This document shows positions 12,771-24,734 of a stretch of 64,000 nucleotides of DNA, piece after piece; positions within the stretch are counted from its first letter, which is position 1; every line of letters starts with the position of its first letter. Position numbers and translations under genes: made by a program. This DNA comes from Octopus sinensis (Eukaryota), in the NCBI RefSeq assembly GCF_006345805.1, contig NC_043010.1, forward strand, positions 43,028,001 to 43,092,000. The letters run 5' to 3'. The notes below the pieces were generated by a model. That model had not been told where the DNA came from and ran no database searches. It saw nothing but the letters and a program-made list of their open reading frames with translations.

Positions 12771-13170
12771 TTTCCTGTATGACAGAAGATAAAAATGAAT
12801 GATGATTTATAGGCATGAGACCTTAACATAAAATGAGTTAGGCATAACATATTGTGAGCATGCATTACTCATATGATCCAAGAGAAATAGATTTTTTTCT
12901 GCTGGAAGTCAAAACCAGATCATAGACATTTCTTTAGGAAATTACTGCCATTAAATCAAGACAATATGAATAATGAGAGCTGGGAGGATAAGTTTTCTAG
13001 CTTAAAAAAATGACAAAATACTTCTATTACTTTTATATCATATGAGGTATGAAAACCAATATGTAAAATGAAAATGAAGACATTGATTTAATGAAGTTCT
13101 GTATCAGAAAACTGAAATAAAATTTAAATAATTTCATATCAGCAATTAAGGTGTAGTATAACTACACATT

Positions 13171-13366
13171 CAGTTGTCGAGTGGTACTCGCACGAGCGGA
13201 AACGACCACCCGGAAGGCCTCAAAGACGGTGGAGTTACGATTTTAGGAGGACGATTGGGATCACGTGGATGAGAAAGGCACGATCCAGAGAGGAGTGGAC
13301 AGCGTGCTGTGACCAGCGGTGTCAAATGGACACCTGATGGACTGGTCGGTCAAGGTGATCAAGGTG
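13171..13366 (+). mobile_element. Short 5'-truncated RTE-1-type LINE with 13-bp TSD
   Basis: Encodes ERKRPPGRPQRRW...WMRKARSREEW; tail (CAAGGTGAT)2; TSD ATAACTACACATT at 13158-13170 and 13367-13379. Confidence 0.8.
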
Positions 13367-13549
13367 ATAACTACACATTTGCTTCATTCACTAATATATA
13401 AATTTATTCTAAGATACATTAATTTCTGAATCTTTGCAATACAACTTTGAAATGCACCTATATGTTTCAATATCAATAGTTTGTAAGGATTTAAACAAAT
13501 AACTTTTTTCATTATTTAGCTGCTGTTTGTAATGTAACTCAAAAGATAT

Positions 13550-13787
13550 TTAACCTGCTTCTTACAAACACACAAGAGACTGTTCCTAGTTCTATGATAC
13601 AAACTTCTTGTGTTTAAGTGATTTAAATTGAAACTTTCAATCAAAATTTTATTTTAGCTTATGTTTCAAACACCAGATTAATAATGACAAAATTATTGTT
13701 TTTTTTTAATTCTTCACTATTTCAAAAATTAATTGAAACAAAAGTAGTTCAGTTCAATAGCAGTATGGTAAAAAGAAAAGAGGTTAA
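13550..13787. mobile_element. Possible second TTAA-flanked MITE family
   Basis: Ends TTAACC...GGTTAA; single decayed copy. Confidence 0.3.
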
Positions 13788-14114
13788 TTAAAATTATGAT
13801 GGAAAGTTTAATTTAAATGCAAACACTTTTTAACAAGGTTTGATCATAGGTTCAAAGACAATTTCAGGAGTGTTGGTATCAAAAAGATTATTCAAATTCT
13901 CTGTTTTGAAAGAATAATGATTGACTTACAGGAAAGAATTTACCTTTATATTCAGTAAAGGTATAACTATTAAAGGGCATAACATTGCTTTAGACAAAAA
14001 GTGAATGTAAAGTGAAAAAATAATTGGATCTGAAATTTGAATAAATCATATTTTTAATAATATATAAAAATGATGATTTGGCCTTCTTCAAAATCAAATA
14101 TGAAAATATCCTAC

Positions 14115-14175
14115 CTCTTCCATTTGTTAACCCCAAAATGACCAACAACATGAGAACAACACCAATCCTGAACAT
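14115..14175 (-). CDS. Candidate first coding exon: signal peptide [20 protein letters not shown]
   Basis: ttcaccATG context, basic residue then hydrophobic core and small-residue cleavage region; ends phase 1 at GAG|gtagga. Confidence 0.6.
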
Positions 14176-14209
14176 GGTGAACACAATTTTAGACAAGGAA
14201 TAAAATGGT

Positions 14210-14246
14210 GATTGAGCAAAAGGCCAGCAAAGTGTGTTATATATAT
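14210..14246 (-). promoter_or_regulatory. Putative TATA box plus initiator for the signal-peptide exon
   Basis: ATATATATAA at 14246-14237 and TCAATC at 14215-14210, about 25-30 nt apart; no AG acceptor between the repeat and the ATG. Confidence 0.35.
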
Positions 14247-14311
<65 letters not shown>

Positions 14312-14469
14312 CCCACACACAAACACCCACACACAGATACATACATGCACATATATAAATGTATGTATGTATATATGTGTGTATATATGTATATATGTGT
14401 GTATATATATGTATATATGTGTGTTTATGTGTATATGTGTATGTGTATGTATATGTGTATGTATATGTG

Positions 14470-14510
<41 letters not shown>

Positions 14511-14591
14511 CATACATATATATATACATACATACATATATATATATATATACATACATACATAGATACATATATATATATATATACATAT

Positions 14592-14648
<57 letters not shown>

Positions 14649-14667
14649 CATACATAGATACATATAT

Positions 14668-14699
<32 letters not shown>

Positions 14700-14708
14700 A
14701 TATATATA

Positions 14709-14747
<39 letters not shown>

Positions 14748-14840
14748 CATACATATATACATACATATATAGATATATATAATATATACATACATGCACA
14801 TATACATATATATACATTTATGTATGCATGATGTATGTAT

Positions 14841-14891
<51 letters not shown>

Positions 14892-14905
14892 ACACACACA
14901 CACAC
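14247..14905. repeat. ~660-bp compound (CA)n/(TA)n/(TATG)n microsatellite
   Basis: Visible in sequence; source of many spurious ORFs. Confidence 0.95.
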
Positions 14906-16340
14906 AGAAAATGCAGTGATTGACAAAAACGAATGATAAAGAGAAAAGGAGTGAGAAAGAAATAAAAGCTAAGCTTTGTAAGATTTATTGAATTCCGCAG
15001 ACAAAATCACAGACAACAAAGCATTAGAAAGTTTAATCTTGTTTGTCCTATTCAATGCTGGATCTTTATTCCAGTCTCAGGCCCGGCTTTTCCCATCACC
15101 AAATCAATAATCTTATTTATTTCAAATTCTTAGACCTTTCTTGGAACCAAAACAGGTGTCTTAACAAAAAACAATTGTTCTAAGGCCATTTAATGTTGAC
15201 AGATGTCAAATTCTTTTTTGAACACTCATTTAGTTTATATTTTAATACTTGTATATTATTTGTTCCCAAGTTTTATCAACAACGCCATGAATTTTGTTTA
15301 AATCCAGAACCAATGGAGATCATGACTTCTTATTAATAATTATATGAAGAGTTAACCTTAAATTATGATTTATGCTCACACTGTAAAACCCCAAAGAATA
15401 CATTGTTATCCTTGAGAATGAATTTCTCCTGTTGTTAAAAACTGGACACTCAGTGAAGTATAACACATTTGCTCATAGAGGGTGATTCTAACGCTACTCT
15501 ATGAAAATAATTAAAGTACAACAGGACAAAAATGTAATCAGGAGTCTGACTTAGTGAAGATAAGCTCCTGATATGCACACATATAATATAGGCTGTACTT
15601 TTCATGTGAGGCGGTGTCCATAACATTTACAGGTTTATCCAGGCTCATAAAATTGATGTGAGTGCAGTTCAACTTGAATATTTTGTTGGTAGATGTTTAT
15701 AAGAAAGAAGTATGAAGGGGAGAATTTAGAGGGTGTCAGTGGTGGAAAGGAGGGAATAAGTAAAAGTTTTATTGTGTGATCTGAGAAGGGCAAGACACTG
15801 CATTGGTGACAAGGAGAGGCAGATTATTAAGTAAATCTGAGTGCATCAGTAAGCAGATGGCTAGTTCAGAGAACATTGTCTGTTGTAGTGGTGATAGAAT
15901 AAGCAGAGAAAGAAAAAACAGCATGTTCGTGGGCCTGTGGTTGTAACATGTTGGTAAGTGAATCTTGGATAAACAGCCTAGATTACCTTTTTTTGAATGT
16001 GATCTAGGGATCAAGGTTGATCTAGGATGCTTATATGGACAACAGAAGCACTATTTCTCCTTCTCCCACCTCACCCTTCTCTCTCTTTGTTTTAGTGTGT
16101 GGATATATATATATATCATATTTCAGTCCACTGAAACAAGCTGCAGTATGTCTTATTTTCAAAAAGCACAGCTTCTCTGATACTGCTGCCTACCAACTGA
16201 TTGTTCTCACTTCTAAGATCTTAAAGAACCAAGTCTTTCATACTACGAGTCTCTTTTATTGTACTTAACTGCAAAATTATGTTTTAGGATAGCTAAGAGC
16301 CTGTATAAAGTGTAATGCATAGTTGTTTGCTAAATGGAAC

Positions 16341-16342
16341 TC

Positions 16343-16388
<46 letters not shown>

Positions 16389-16790
16389 TATCATCATCGT
16401 TTAGTGTCCGCTTTCCATGCTGGCATAGGTTGGAGGGTTCAACTGGGGTCTGGGAAGCCAGAAGGCTGCACCAGGTCCAGTCTGATCTGGCAATGTTTCT
16501 ACGGCTGGATGCCCTTCCTAATGCCAACCACTCCATGAGTGTAGTGGGTGCTTTTTACTTGCCAGACGAGGCTGGCAAACTTCCACGATTGGATGGTGCT
16601 TTTTACGTGCCACTGGCACGGAGGCCAGGCGAGGCAGGCAACAGCCATGATCAGATGGTGCTTTTTACATGCCACCGGCACGGAGGCCAATCAGGGTGGC
16701 ACTGGCAACAGCCATGTTTGGATGGTTCTCTTATGTGCCACTGGCACTGGTATCACAGCTACAATTTCCATTGATCGATTTCGATTTTTA
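16341..16790 (-). mobile_element. RTE 3'UTR and tail with long (CAT)n
   Basis: About 18 CAT units, conserved tail, four GTGCC..GGCAC units. Confidence 0.85.
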
Positions 16791-17214
16791 TTTTGATATA
16801 ACCTATTTGCTTATTAAGATTCCAACATGGTTTCAAGATAACACCATGTGTCATTGATTTCATTACCATTACATATTTTACAAGACATGGGTTACTGGCC
16901 CAGCATCTAAACACCTTTCTGAAAAAGAGTACTTTTCCTACAGGAATGAATAACATCAGGACTGTGAGTCAACTTTACATTGTTGCTACAACCAACAGTA
17001 TTTTTATTGTAGTAGTTGTATTGAGAAATGTCTTGGTTATATACACAACAAAACCAAGTTGTAGATGTCTTGGCTGATTGACCAATTCCCAACTGACTCA
17101 CATGGTTGAACATTCTTTTCAAAATATCTGATGTATATTTGAACTTTAACCAGTTGAAAAATGACTGAGTAAAGTTAGTAAAATTCAGCCATTTCAATTT
17201 TATTCAGCTTCTAT

Positions 17215-17570
17215 GAAAGAGGTAGACCCAGGAAGACCTGGAATGAGGTGGTGAAGTATATCTCCAAACATTAGGCCTCACCGAAGCAATGACTAGTGAC
17301 CAAGACCTTTGGAAATATGCTGTGCGTGAGAAGACCCAGCAAGCCAAGTGAGACCATAAACCATGGCCTATGCCAACTCACTTATGTGTACTTTTTGTTC
17401 ATTAGACACTAAACTCTGCTTGCAAAGACCTGTTGAGGCAAGTGAAATCGAAATCAGAATCAAATTCGATGACTGGCATCCGTGCTAGTGGAGCGCTAAG
17501 AGCACCATCCGAGTGTGATTGCTGCCAGAGCAGTTGACTGGCTTCTGTGCCAGTGGCACGTAAAAAGCAT
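17215..17570 (+). mobile_element. RTE ORF2 end and partial 3'UTR
   Basis: RGRPRKTWNEVV...DQDLWKYAV; collinear with 43810-44200. Confidence 0.8.
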
Positions 17571-20535
17571 TTGTATGTATGTATGTATGTATTTACATTT
17601 CAGGTGCAAAGGCCCAGCTTCAGAAGAAAAGCAATCTGGGAAATGTCCAGTTATTCCTGTTCCATTCAGCCATACAGGGTTATTCCAACTTTGAACTTTT
17701 CTGCATTAAGATCTGAAATGTAAGATCGTCTATACCCTGGTGATGGAGGTTCATCTCATCCTATATTAAATGCATCCATATGGACACATATTGTGATGAA
17801 CTAAATTTACCAACATTACTATGGATCACCGAGCTCCCAGAAACAGCTGTTGGACTTATCTTTCTTCCACCCGCTTTAATTTTATCTATCATTTGTACTC
17901 TGTGTAAGTTGGACCTATTAATATAAATAACTATATATTTATACATAAAATTCATCATCTGAAAGTTTCCACTTCATTTTGCATGTATACATATATACAT
18001 ATTTTGTATTTCATGCATTTAATATATTTGATCTGTCTAATTTGTTTATTGCTTTTATACCCACTCAACTTGATGCCCCTTATAACCTTTCTTTACCTTG
18101 TGGAATGATCCTCTGTAAAGACATTGGAGTCTAAATCTAAATCTTTTGTCCTTTGAGCCCTACTGTCTTCTATACAGAGAATATCTACATCTCATTTGTG
18201 AACAATACATATATATATATATATTTATATGTATCATCATCATTATCGTTTGACATCTGTTTTCCATGCTGGCATGGGTTAAGCAGTTTGAATGGAAACT
18301 GGTGAGCTGTGGGCTACAGCATGTTCCAATCTGATTTGGCAAGGTTTCTACAGCTGGATGCCGTTCCTAATGCCAACCACTCCAAGAGTGTAGTGGGTGC
18401 TTTCTATATGCCACTGGCATGGGTGCCATTCAGACGGCACTGGCATCAGCCATGACTACAGTTTCACTTGGTTTAACAGGTCTTCACAAGCACAACATAT
18501 TACCCAACGAATGAAGGGTGCTTTTGATGGGCCAGTTATGCAACACTGGCATCAGCTATGACTACGATCTCACTTGGCTTGATGAGTCTTCTCAGGCATG
18601 ACATATCTCCAAAGGTCTCATTTGCTTGTCATTGCCTCTGAGTGGCCCAACAGTTGAAGATCGTGCTTCATCACCTCATCCCATGTCTTCCTGATCTACG
18701 TCTTCTACAGGTTCCCTCCACCATTAGAGTGTAACACTTCTTCACACAGCTGTTCTTATCTATATGCATTACATGACCATACCAGCACAGTCATCTGTCT
18801 TGCACACTACATCTGATGAATCTTATGTCCAACTTTTCTCTCAGGATGCTTACACTCTGTCATGCATGCACACTGACATTTCACATCTAGCAAAGCATAC
18901 TAGCTTCATTTCTTACAAGCCTACACATGTCCTCAGTGGTCACAGCCCATGTTTCACTACCGTGTAGCATGACATTTTGCAGACAAGCATCATACAGTCT
19001 GCCTTTCACTCTGAGTGAGAGGCCCTTTGTTGCCAGCAGAGGTAGGAGCTCTCTGAACTTTACCCAGGCTATTCTTATTCTAGCATCTAAGCTCTCAGAG
19101 CATCCACCTTTGCTACTGGTCACCTAGGTAATGGAAGCTATTGACTACTTCTAGTTTTTCCCCTGGCATGCGACGAAATCTATTTTCTGTACATTTACAA
19201 TGTTTATTGTCCCTGTGCACCTTCCACACACAAAAACTATTTTCTCTGTTAACTGTCCTCTGATATTGCTGCACCTCTTATGTATCCATAACTTACACCT
19301 GGTACATCTTATGGAGTTTCTACCTATGCCTTTTCTACAGATTGAGCAGGGTCATCTACCTGAAGGGATTTGTGATTTGTCTGCCTTCCTACTTACTAAG
19401 ACTTTGGTTTTTGCTAGATTAACTCTAAGGCCCTTTGATTCTAGACCTTACTTCCATACCTGAAACTACATGCTAAATTCATTGCTGAATTCATTGCTGT
19501 CATCTTGCTGATAGCATCTCTGCACACAGCCTGCATAGCTCTGACAAGCCATTCAGCTAAGTGTTTTTAGCAACTGGTCAACAACAGATCATGATATGCT
19601 GTCAAAGGCTTTCTCCATAGTGAGTTGCCCTTATCTTAGAAATCCTACATTTGTCTCGCTAGGAAGAGGGTATCTCTAGTACTCTGTCCACACACATAAT
19701 TGAATTACATTTCTTTTAAGTTAAATTTTCTTCCTAATTAATTATGATATAACTTTTCTATAGTTTTCAAAAGTTGATCTATAAATTTGATATCTGTATT
19801 GTGGCTTTTTTTTTTCTCAAGTATTTCCTTTATCTTTATAACAATTGGCAATAATACTATGGCATCCATCATTGCGCAAGTTTTCTCACTCTACAACTGG
19901 ACTGATTATGCAAGTAAATAGGGCATGCCCTATTTCATTGGATATTTTCAGTGTCTCAGTGACTATCTTTGGTGGTCCAGTTACTTTTCTCACCTTCAAA
20001 TCTTTAATCTCCTTTTCAGCTGTATAGCAGTTAACTTCTGTAGCTGGCCCCTCTGTTGGGTCGTTTTATACTTGGAGCACTTCCACTCTTACCTGTCATT
20101 CAGTGACCCCTTTAAGTAGCATTTTCATGTCTTTTTTCTTTTCAGCATTAAAGAGGACAAATGCATCACATTTCTCCCCCATGTACATCCTAATTCATAC
20201 TGACACACTGCTTTTCAATCCTGAACAACACACGCCCTCTGATTTTCTTGCTGCAGAACATTGGCAAACCTCTCACTTTTCAGTTTCAGTTTCTCTCCTC
20301 GATAAGTATGCCTGATGTCTAACTACTCTTCTAAGTACCTGATTCATCGTTCCCTTGTCTTCCACCAAACTTCTCATCTTTCTTAGCTTTTTGGCTCTAT
20401 TTGCTTTACTGTTTCTACCACCATATACCCTTTCTCTCATTGCCCCATTGACAGATCTGGCATGTGGATCACCTTGTAGAAAGTATCAGTTACCTTTTTT
20501 TTTAAAGTTCCTATCGTCTCTCCTCCTCATCATGT

Positions 20536-22554
20536 GTGAACTTGTATTGCTTTGAATATATACTCCAGAGTATCCTGGACTCAATATGGGCAGCATGTGC
20601 AGCATCAGTGCCACGTAAACAAAAAAAGAAGAACCGCCCCAAAAGGGCAATTTGGGAAACTTCAGCGGTCCGACTTGCCAGGAGGGAACGTCGGACTGCT
20701 GAACGGGAATACAGGTTGCATAAATCAGACACCAACAGGAAGAAGCAGAATAAATCCTCCAACCATCTCAAGCAAGTGACAAAAAAAGCAGTGCTTGAAT
20801 TTGAACAGTGCATAGCAGCCAATCCTGACAGTAAGGTTTTCTGGAAATATGTGCACTCAAAGCAGAGACCTCACTCTCCAGTGGGCCCTCTTCGCAATAC
20901 TCACACAAACCAGATCACTGACGACCCCAAGGAATGCGCAGAACTCATTGCCGAGTGCTATGCAAACATATTCACTGTTGAAAGTCAAAATGTACCATCT
21001 TCACCATCACTAACAGCAAACTCCATAACAACTATGGAATTTACACCTGCAATGCTGCGACGTCACCTTCAAAATAAGCGCAACTATGCCTCCCCTGGTC
21101 TCGATGGAGTTACATACCTGCTTCTCAAACGTGGCAGGCACTTCCTTTTACACCAGCTTTCTATTTTCTTCCAGTACTGTCTCAACAATGGTGCTACTCC
21201 GGAGCAGTGGAAAACTGCCAGTGTCATTCCTCTGTTCAAAAAGGGCGACCGCACATCACCTGTCAACTATCACCCAGTCAGTCTCACTAGCTGTATTGCA
21301 AAACTGATGGAATCGTGTGTCAGAGAAACACTCTGGAACTTCTGGAGCTCTCACAGTCTCATCCGACCCTCACAATATGGATTTGTCCCTAACTCCAGCT
21401 GCAGTGACCAGCTTGTCGAGTTCCTTGAGGACATTACTCAGATTACTGACAGTGGCTCATGGGTGGATGTTGTCTACCTTGACTTTGCTAAGGCTTTCAA
21501 CTCTGTGCCACACAAAAGGCTTATGGTGAAACTCTCTGCAATGGGTGTGGGGGATGACCTTTTTAACTGGTTGAAATCCTTCATCCTCAGCCGAAAGGAG
21601 GTAGTCACAGTTCTAGGACAGCACTCTACACCATATGAGATGTCATCGGGTGTACCACAGGGATCTGTCCTTGGCCCCCTCTTGTTTGTGGCATACATTA
21701 ACGACATAGATGCCAATTTAAAGAATGCCACAGTATTGAAATATGCAGACGACATCAAGCTGTACCTTGAAATCAAGAGGACAGATCCTGATGTCTACAA
21801 CTCTTTCCTGCAATCAGACCTAGACACAATGCAGCAATGGATCACAGACTGGCAACTGAAACTGGCTGTGGACAAGTGTACCACCATGCATTTTGGGAGA
21901 AAAAACCCTGCGTTCACATACTCCCTCCACAACACTGATATCAAGAAATCCTCTTGCGAGCGTGACCTAGGCATCACTGTCAGCAGTGATCTGCGTTGGT
22001 CAAAGCATATCTCTAAGATTGTCAGGAAGGCCGAGGGTGTCTTGGCATCACTCAGCAGGTCTTTTGTTAGCCGCTCTCCAGCCATCTATTTAAAACTGTA
22101 TACAGCTATGGTACGACCACACTTGGAATTCGCATCATCAGTTTGGAACCCTTATCTTGCACAGAACATTGACCTCCTGGAATCTGTCCAGAGATGTGCA
22201 ACCAAACGCATACCCTCCATCAGACACCTACCATATTCTGAGCGCCTTGTTTCCCTGGGCATGGATTCACTGAAGCTCCGGCGTTTGGCGACGGACTTGG
22301 TAAACACCCACAAAGTTATCAACCACCTCACCAACAACAACACTGAACACCTTTTTGATCTCCATGTGTCTAACACACGTGGACATGCCTACAAAGTCAG
22401 AAAACAATACAGCTCCCATGACTTTCGGAAACATTTTTTCACGCTCAGAGTTGCTGAAGCATGGAATAAACTGCCTGCGTCAGTTGTTGACTGCCATGAC
22501 ACTGCATCTTTTAAGGCCCTCATGCTTTCCGAAATCCGCCGAAACTTCACCTGA
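20536..22554 (+). CDS. CR1 ORF2 reverse-transcriptase fragment (672 codons, no endonuclease)
   Basis: SPGLDG, YLDFAKAFNSV, GVPQGSVLGPLLF, YADD, ERDLG, RGH...FFTLRVAEAWNKLP; the first codons lie in flanking RTE, so the ATG is not native. Confidence 0.85.
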   Translation: MNLYCFEYILQSILDSIWAACAASVPRKQKKKNRPKRAIWETSAVRLARRERRTAEREYRLHKSDTNRKKQNKSSNHLKQVTKKAVLEFEQCIAANPDSKVFWKYVHSKQRPHSPVGPLRNTHTNQITDDPKECAELIAECYANIFTVESQNVPSSPSLTANSITTMEFTPAMLRRHLQNKRNYASPGLDGVTYLLLKRGRHFLLHQLSIFFQYCLNNGATPEQWKTASVIPLFKKGDRTSPVNYHPVSLTSCIAKLMESCVRETLWNFWSSHSLIRPSQYGFVPNSSCSDQLVEFLEDITQITDSGSWVDVVYLDFAKAFNSVPHKRLMVKLSAMGVGDDLFNWLKSFILSRKEVVTVLGQHSTPYEMSSGVPQGSVLGPLLFVAYINDIDANLKNATVLKYADDIKLYLEIKRTDPDVYNSFLQSDLDTMQQWITDWQLKLAVDKCTTMHFGRKNPAFTYSLHNTDIKKSSCERDLGITVSSDLRWSKHISKIVRKAEGVLASLSRSFVSRSPAIYLKLYTAMVRPHLEFASSVWNPYLAQNIDLLESVQRCATKRIPSIRHLPYSERLVSLGMDSLKLRRLATDLVNTHKVINHLTNNNTEHLFDLHVSNTRGHAYKVRKQYSSHDFRKHFFTLRVAEAWNKLPASVVDCHDTASFKALMLSEIRRNFT

Positions 22555-22603
22555 TTATATATACACTTTAGATGAGTTGTAGTGCACCTGAGCACTGTAC
22601 ACA

Positions 22604-22635
<32 letters not shown>
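20550..22635 (+). mobile_element. 5'-truncated CR1-clade LINE, young
   Basis: Uninterrupted RT frame, short 3'UTR and (ATT)n tail; RTE sequence resumes on both sides. Confidence 0.9.
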
Positions 22636-22637
<2 letters not shown>

Positions 22638-23230
22638 GCATAGTCAAGGAGATCTTTCAACTTCCATATTGTCCTTCATCAGAAGGTCTTGTATCACTAA
22701 TCTGTCAAGCTCTTATCTTGAAGTTACTGATTGCTTGTCTATGTTAAATGGTACATTCTCCATGAGAGAAGGACTTAGTATTTACATCTAATCATCTATC
22801 CTGCTTCTTGAGGAGTATGAAGTCTATTTAGCTTGCATGTTCACTTGAGTAGTTGGTGATCAGGTAGGTGGCCGATTTCCTGAAGTTGGAAAAGGAGAGA
22901 TCATTTATGTCACCAAATTCTGAGAGTCTTGACCCATCTCCATTCTTTGTATTATATTCATAATTCAAAGTAGTCATCATGTATTGCCCAATATACATTG
23001 AAGTCACCAGTCATGATAAAGAGGTCAACAGTCCTTTTGCTCATCAGTCTGTTCAGAACGTGAACTATGTGCAAAGATAACTGTTGTTGCAGTGTCACCT
23101 ATGACAAGTTTAAGGTTAATTATTGTCATATACTCTGGCTACTCAATTACTTTATCAATTTTTCTGCAAACAGATTGCCTATTCTATCCTTTCCAGTACT
23201 GTTATCCATCAGGAAGAAGCAGTACTTGCC

Positions 23231-23750
23231 TAAGAGGAATTTGCTTGAGTCTCTCTCGACGTTACCTCTTGTTCACAATACACATTTACTTGACTCTTCT
23301 CTAACATCTCTATAGTCTCTCCCAAATTATCTTTAATTGAGCTAACACTGATGATGGCAGCCCTAGAATTTTTAACCAAACAAGAAGACAGTTTCCAGTG
23401 AAGTGTGAATTGTTTGATACTGTTTTCTTTATCTGAAAGAGAGTTTGGTGCAATATTTGATGATAGCTGAAGGATAGATGCTACACAGGGCCGTCCCACT
23501 ACTGTATGTAGCCCTAATGTAATAATCCCTTATAAGCAATTAGTATCATACCACTAACATTAAAGAGGCTATCTGTTAGGACTAAAGAGTTCTTTCTACA
23601 TTGTGTCAGCTTTTATTCAGAGATACAGCTCTCTCAGACATGTTGCCTTTGCAACAGCAAGTAGACTATAGAGATGTTAGAGAAGAGTCAAGTAAATGTG
23701 TATTGTGAACAAGAGGTAACGTCGAGAGAGACTCAAGCAAATTCCTCTTA
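23231..23750. repeat. Perfect 88-bp inverted duplication (23231-23318 / 23663-23750)
   Basis: Arms are exact reverse complements; the left arm is native RTE endonuclease N-terminus. Confidence 0.9.
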
Positions 23751-24229
23751 GCGAGTTTGCTCAGGTTCCCTAACTTCCTAAACAGGTCACACTCACATTC
23801 AAAACCTTCTTTGACATTTTCAATTTACTAGACAATTCATGTGCTGTTCTCCATCATTAACATTTCACTTATCTATTATCACCTTCAATGCCCTCAGATA
23901 TCAACTGTTGAGCTTCCCTATATTTTTCTCCAACATTTGCTATTGTCACCTTAATCCATTCCACTTATCCAGTCCAAATTTCACCTATTCTCACTTTCCT
24001 CAATGGCCCTCAACATCATCATCTCTCTTTTTGTCACTCTCTTTAATTTACTCTCTAACTTCATCTCCCTTCTTTTCCAACTAGAGTATCCATGTATCTA
24101 TTTTACAGCAAAACACCTATCTCTACCTCTATACCTTTAATCTTTCAACTGGCACAAAGACACACCTCACTGAGTACTACTCCCCACTCCCAGTTGAGGG
24201 TTTTTTGTCTTACAAGGTATTTGGTAACC

Positions 24230-24660
24230 CTGTTAGTGCTGGTGCCACATAAAAAAGCACTGGTGCCACTCAAAAAGCACCCAGTAAACCCTGTAAAGTG
24301 GCTGACGTTAGGAAGGACATCCAGCTGTAGAAACCATGTCAAAAGAGACAATAAAACCTGGTGTGGCTCCTGGCCTTCCCAGCTCCTGTCAAACTGTCCA
24401 ACCTATGCCAGCATGGAAAATGAACATTAAATGATGATGATTAATGCCTGTTAGCTGTTTTTGCCAATATTGCACATGTCCATATTTCCACGTTAACAAA
24501 CCAGTATACTCTGTAAAATGGTTGCTGTTAGTAAGGACATCCAGCTGTAGAAGCCATGCCAAAACAAACATTGGAGGTTCGCCATAGTTTTCTGGTTTAT
24601 TGGATCCTATCAAAGCCTCCAACCCATGCTCAAATTAAATGATGATGATGATGATGATAT
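24230..24660 (+). mobile_element. Two tandem RTE tail copies
   Basis: TTAGGAAGGACATCCAGCTGTAGAA twice, each followed by GATGAT. Confidence 0.7.
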
Positions 24661-24734
24661 ACATACATGATGGGCTTCTTCCAGTTTCTGTGTGGCAAAT
24701 TCACTCACAAAGATTTGGTTTGTCCAGGAATATA

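Larger units (their letters stand above)
18234..23662 (-). mobile_element. Nearly full-length decayed RTE LINE (~3.3 kb) interrupted by a CR1
   Basis: Minus frames give endonuclease motifs (LGETIEMLE...YCEQEV, IMTGDFN, IDFIL), ARIRIAWVKFRELLPLL...LHGSETW and the (GAT)n tail; numerous stops. Confidence 0.85.

Noticed and set aside
14127-14926. Long ORFs rich in YI/HT/CV in the ORF track (also at 1366-1857, 6691-7200, 9241-9627)
   Set aside because: Translations of microsatellites; no coding complexity
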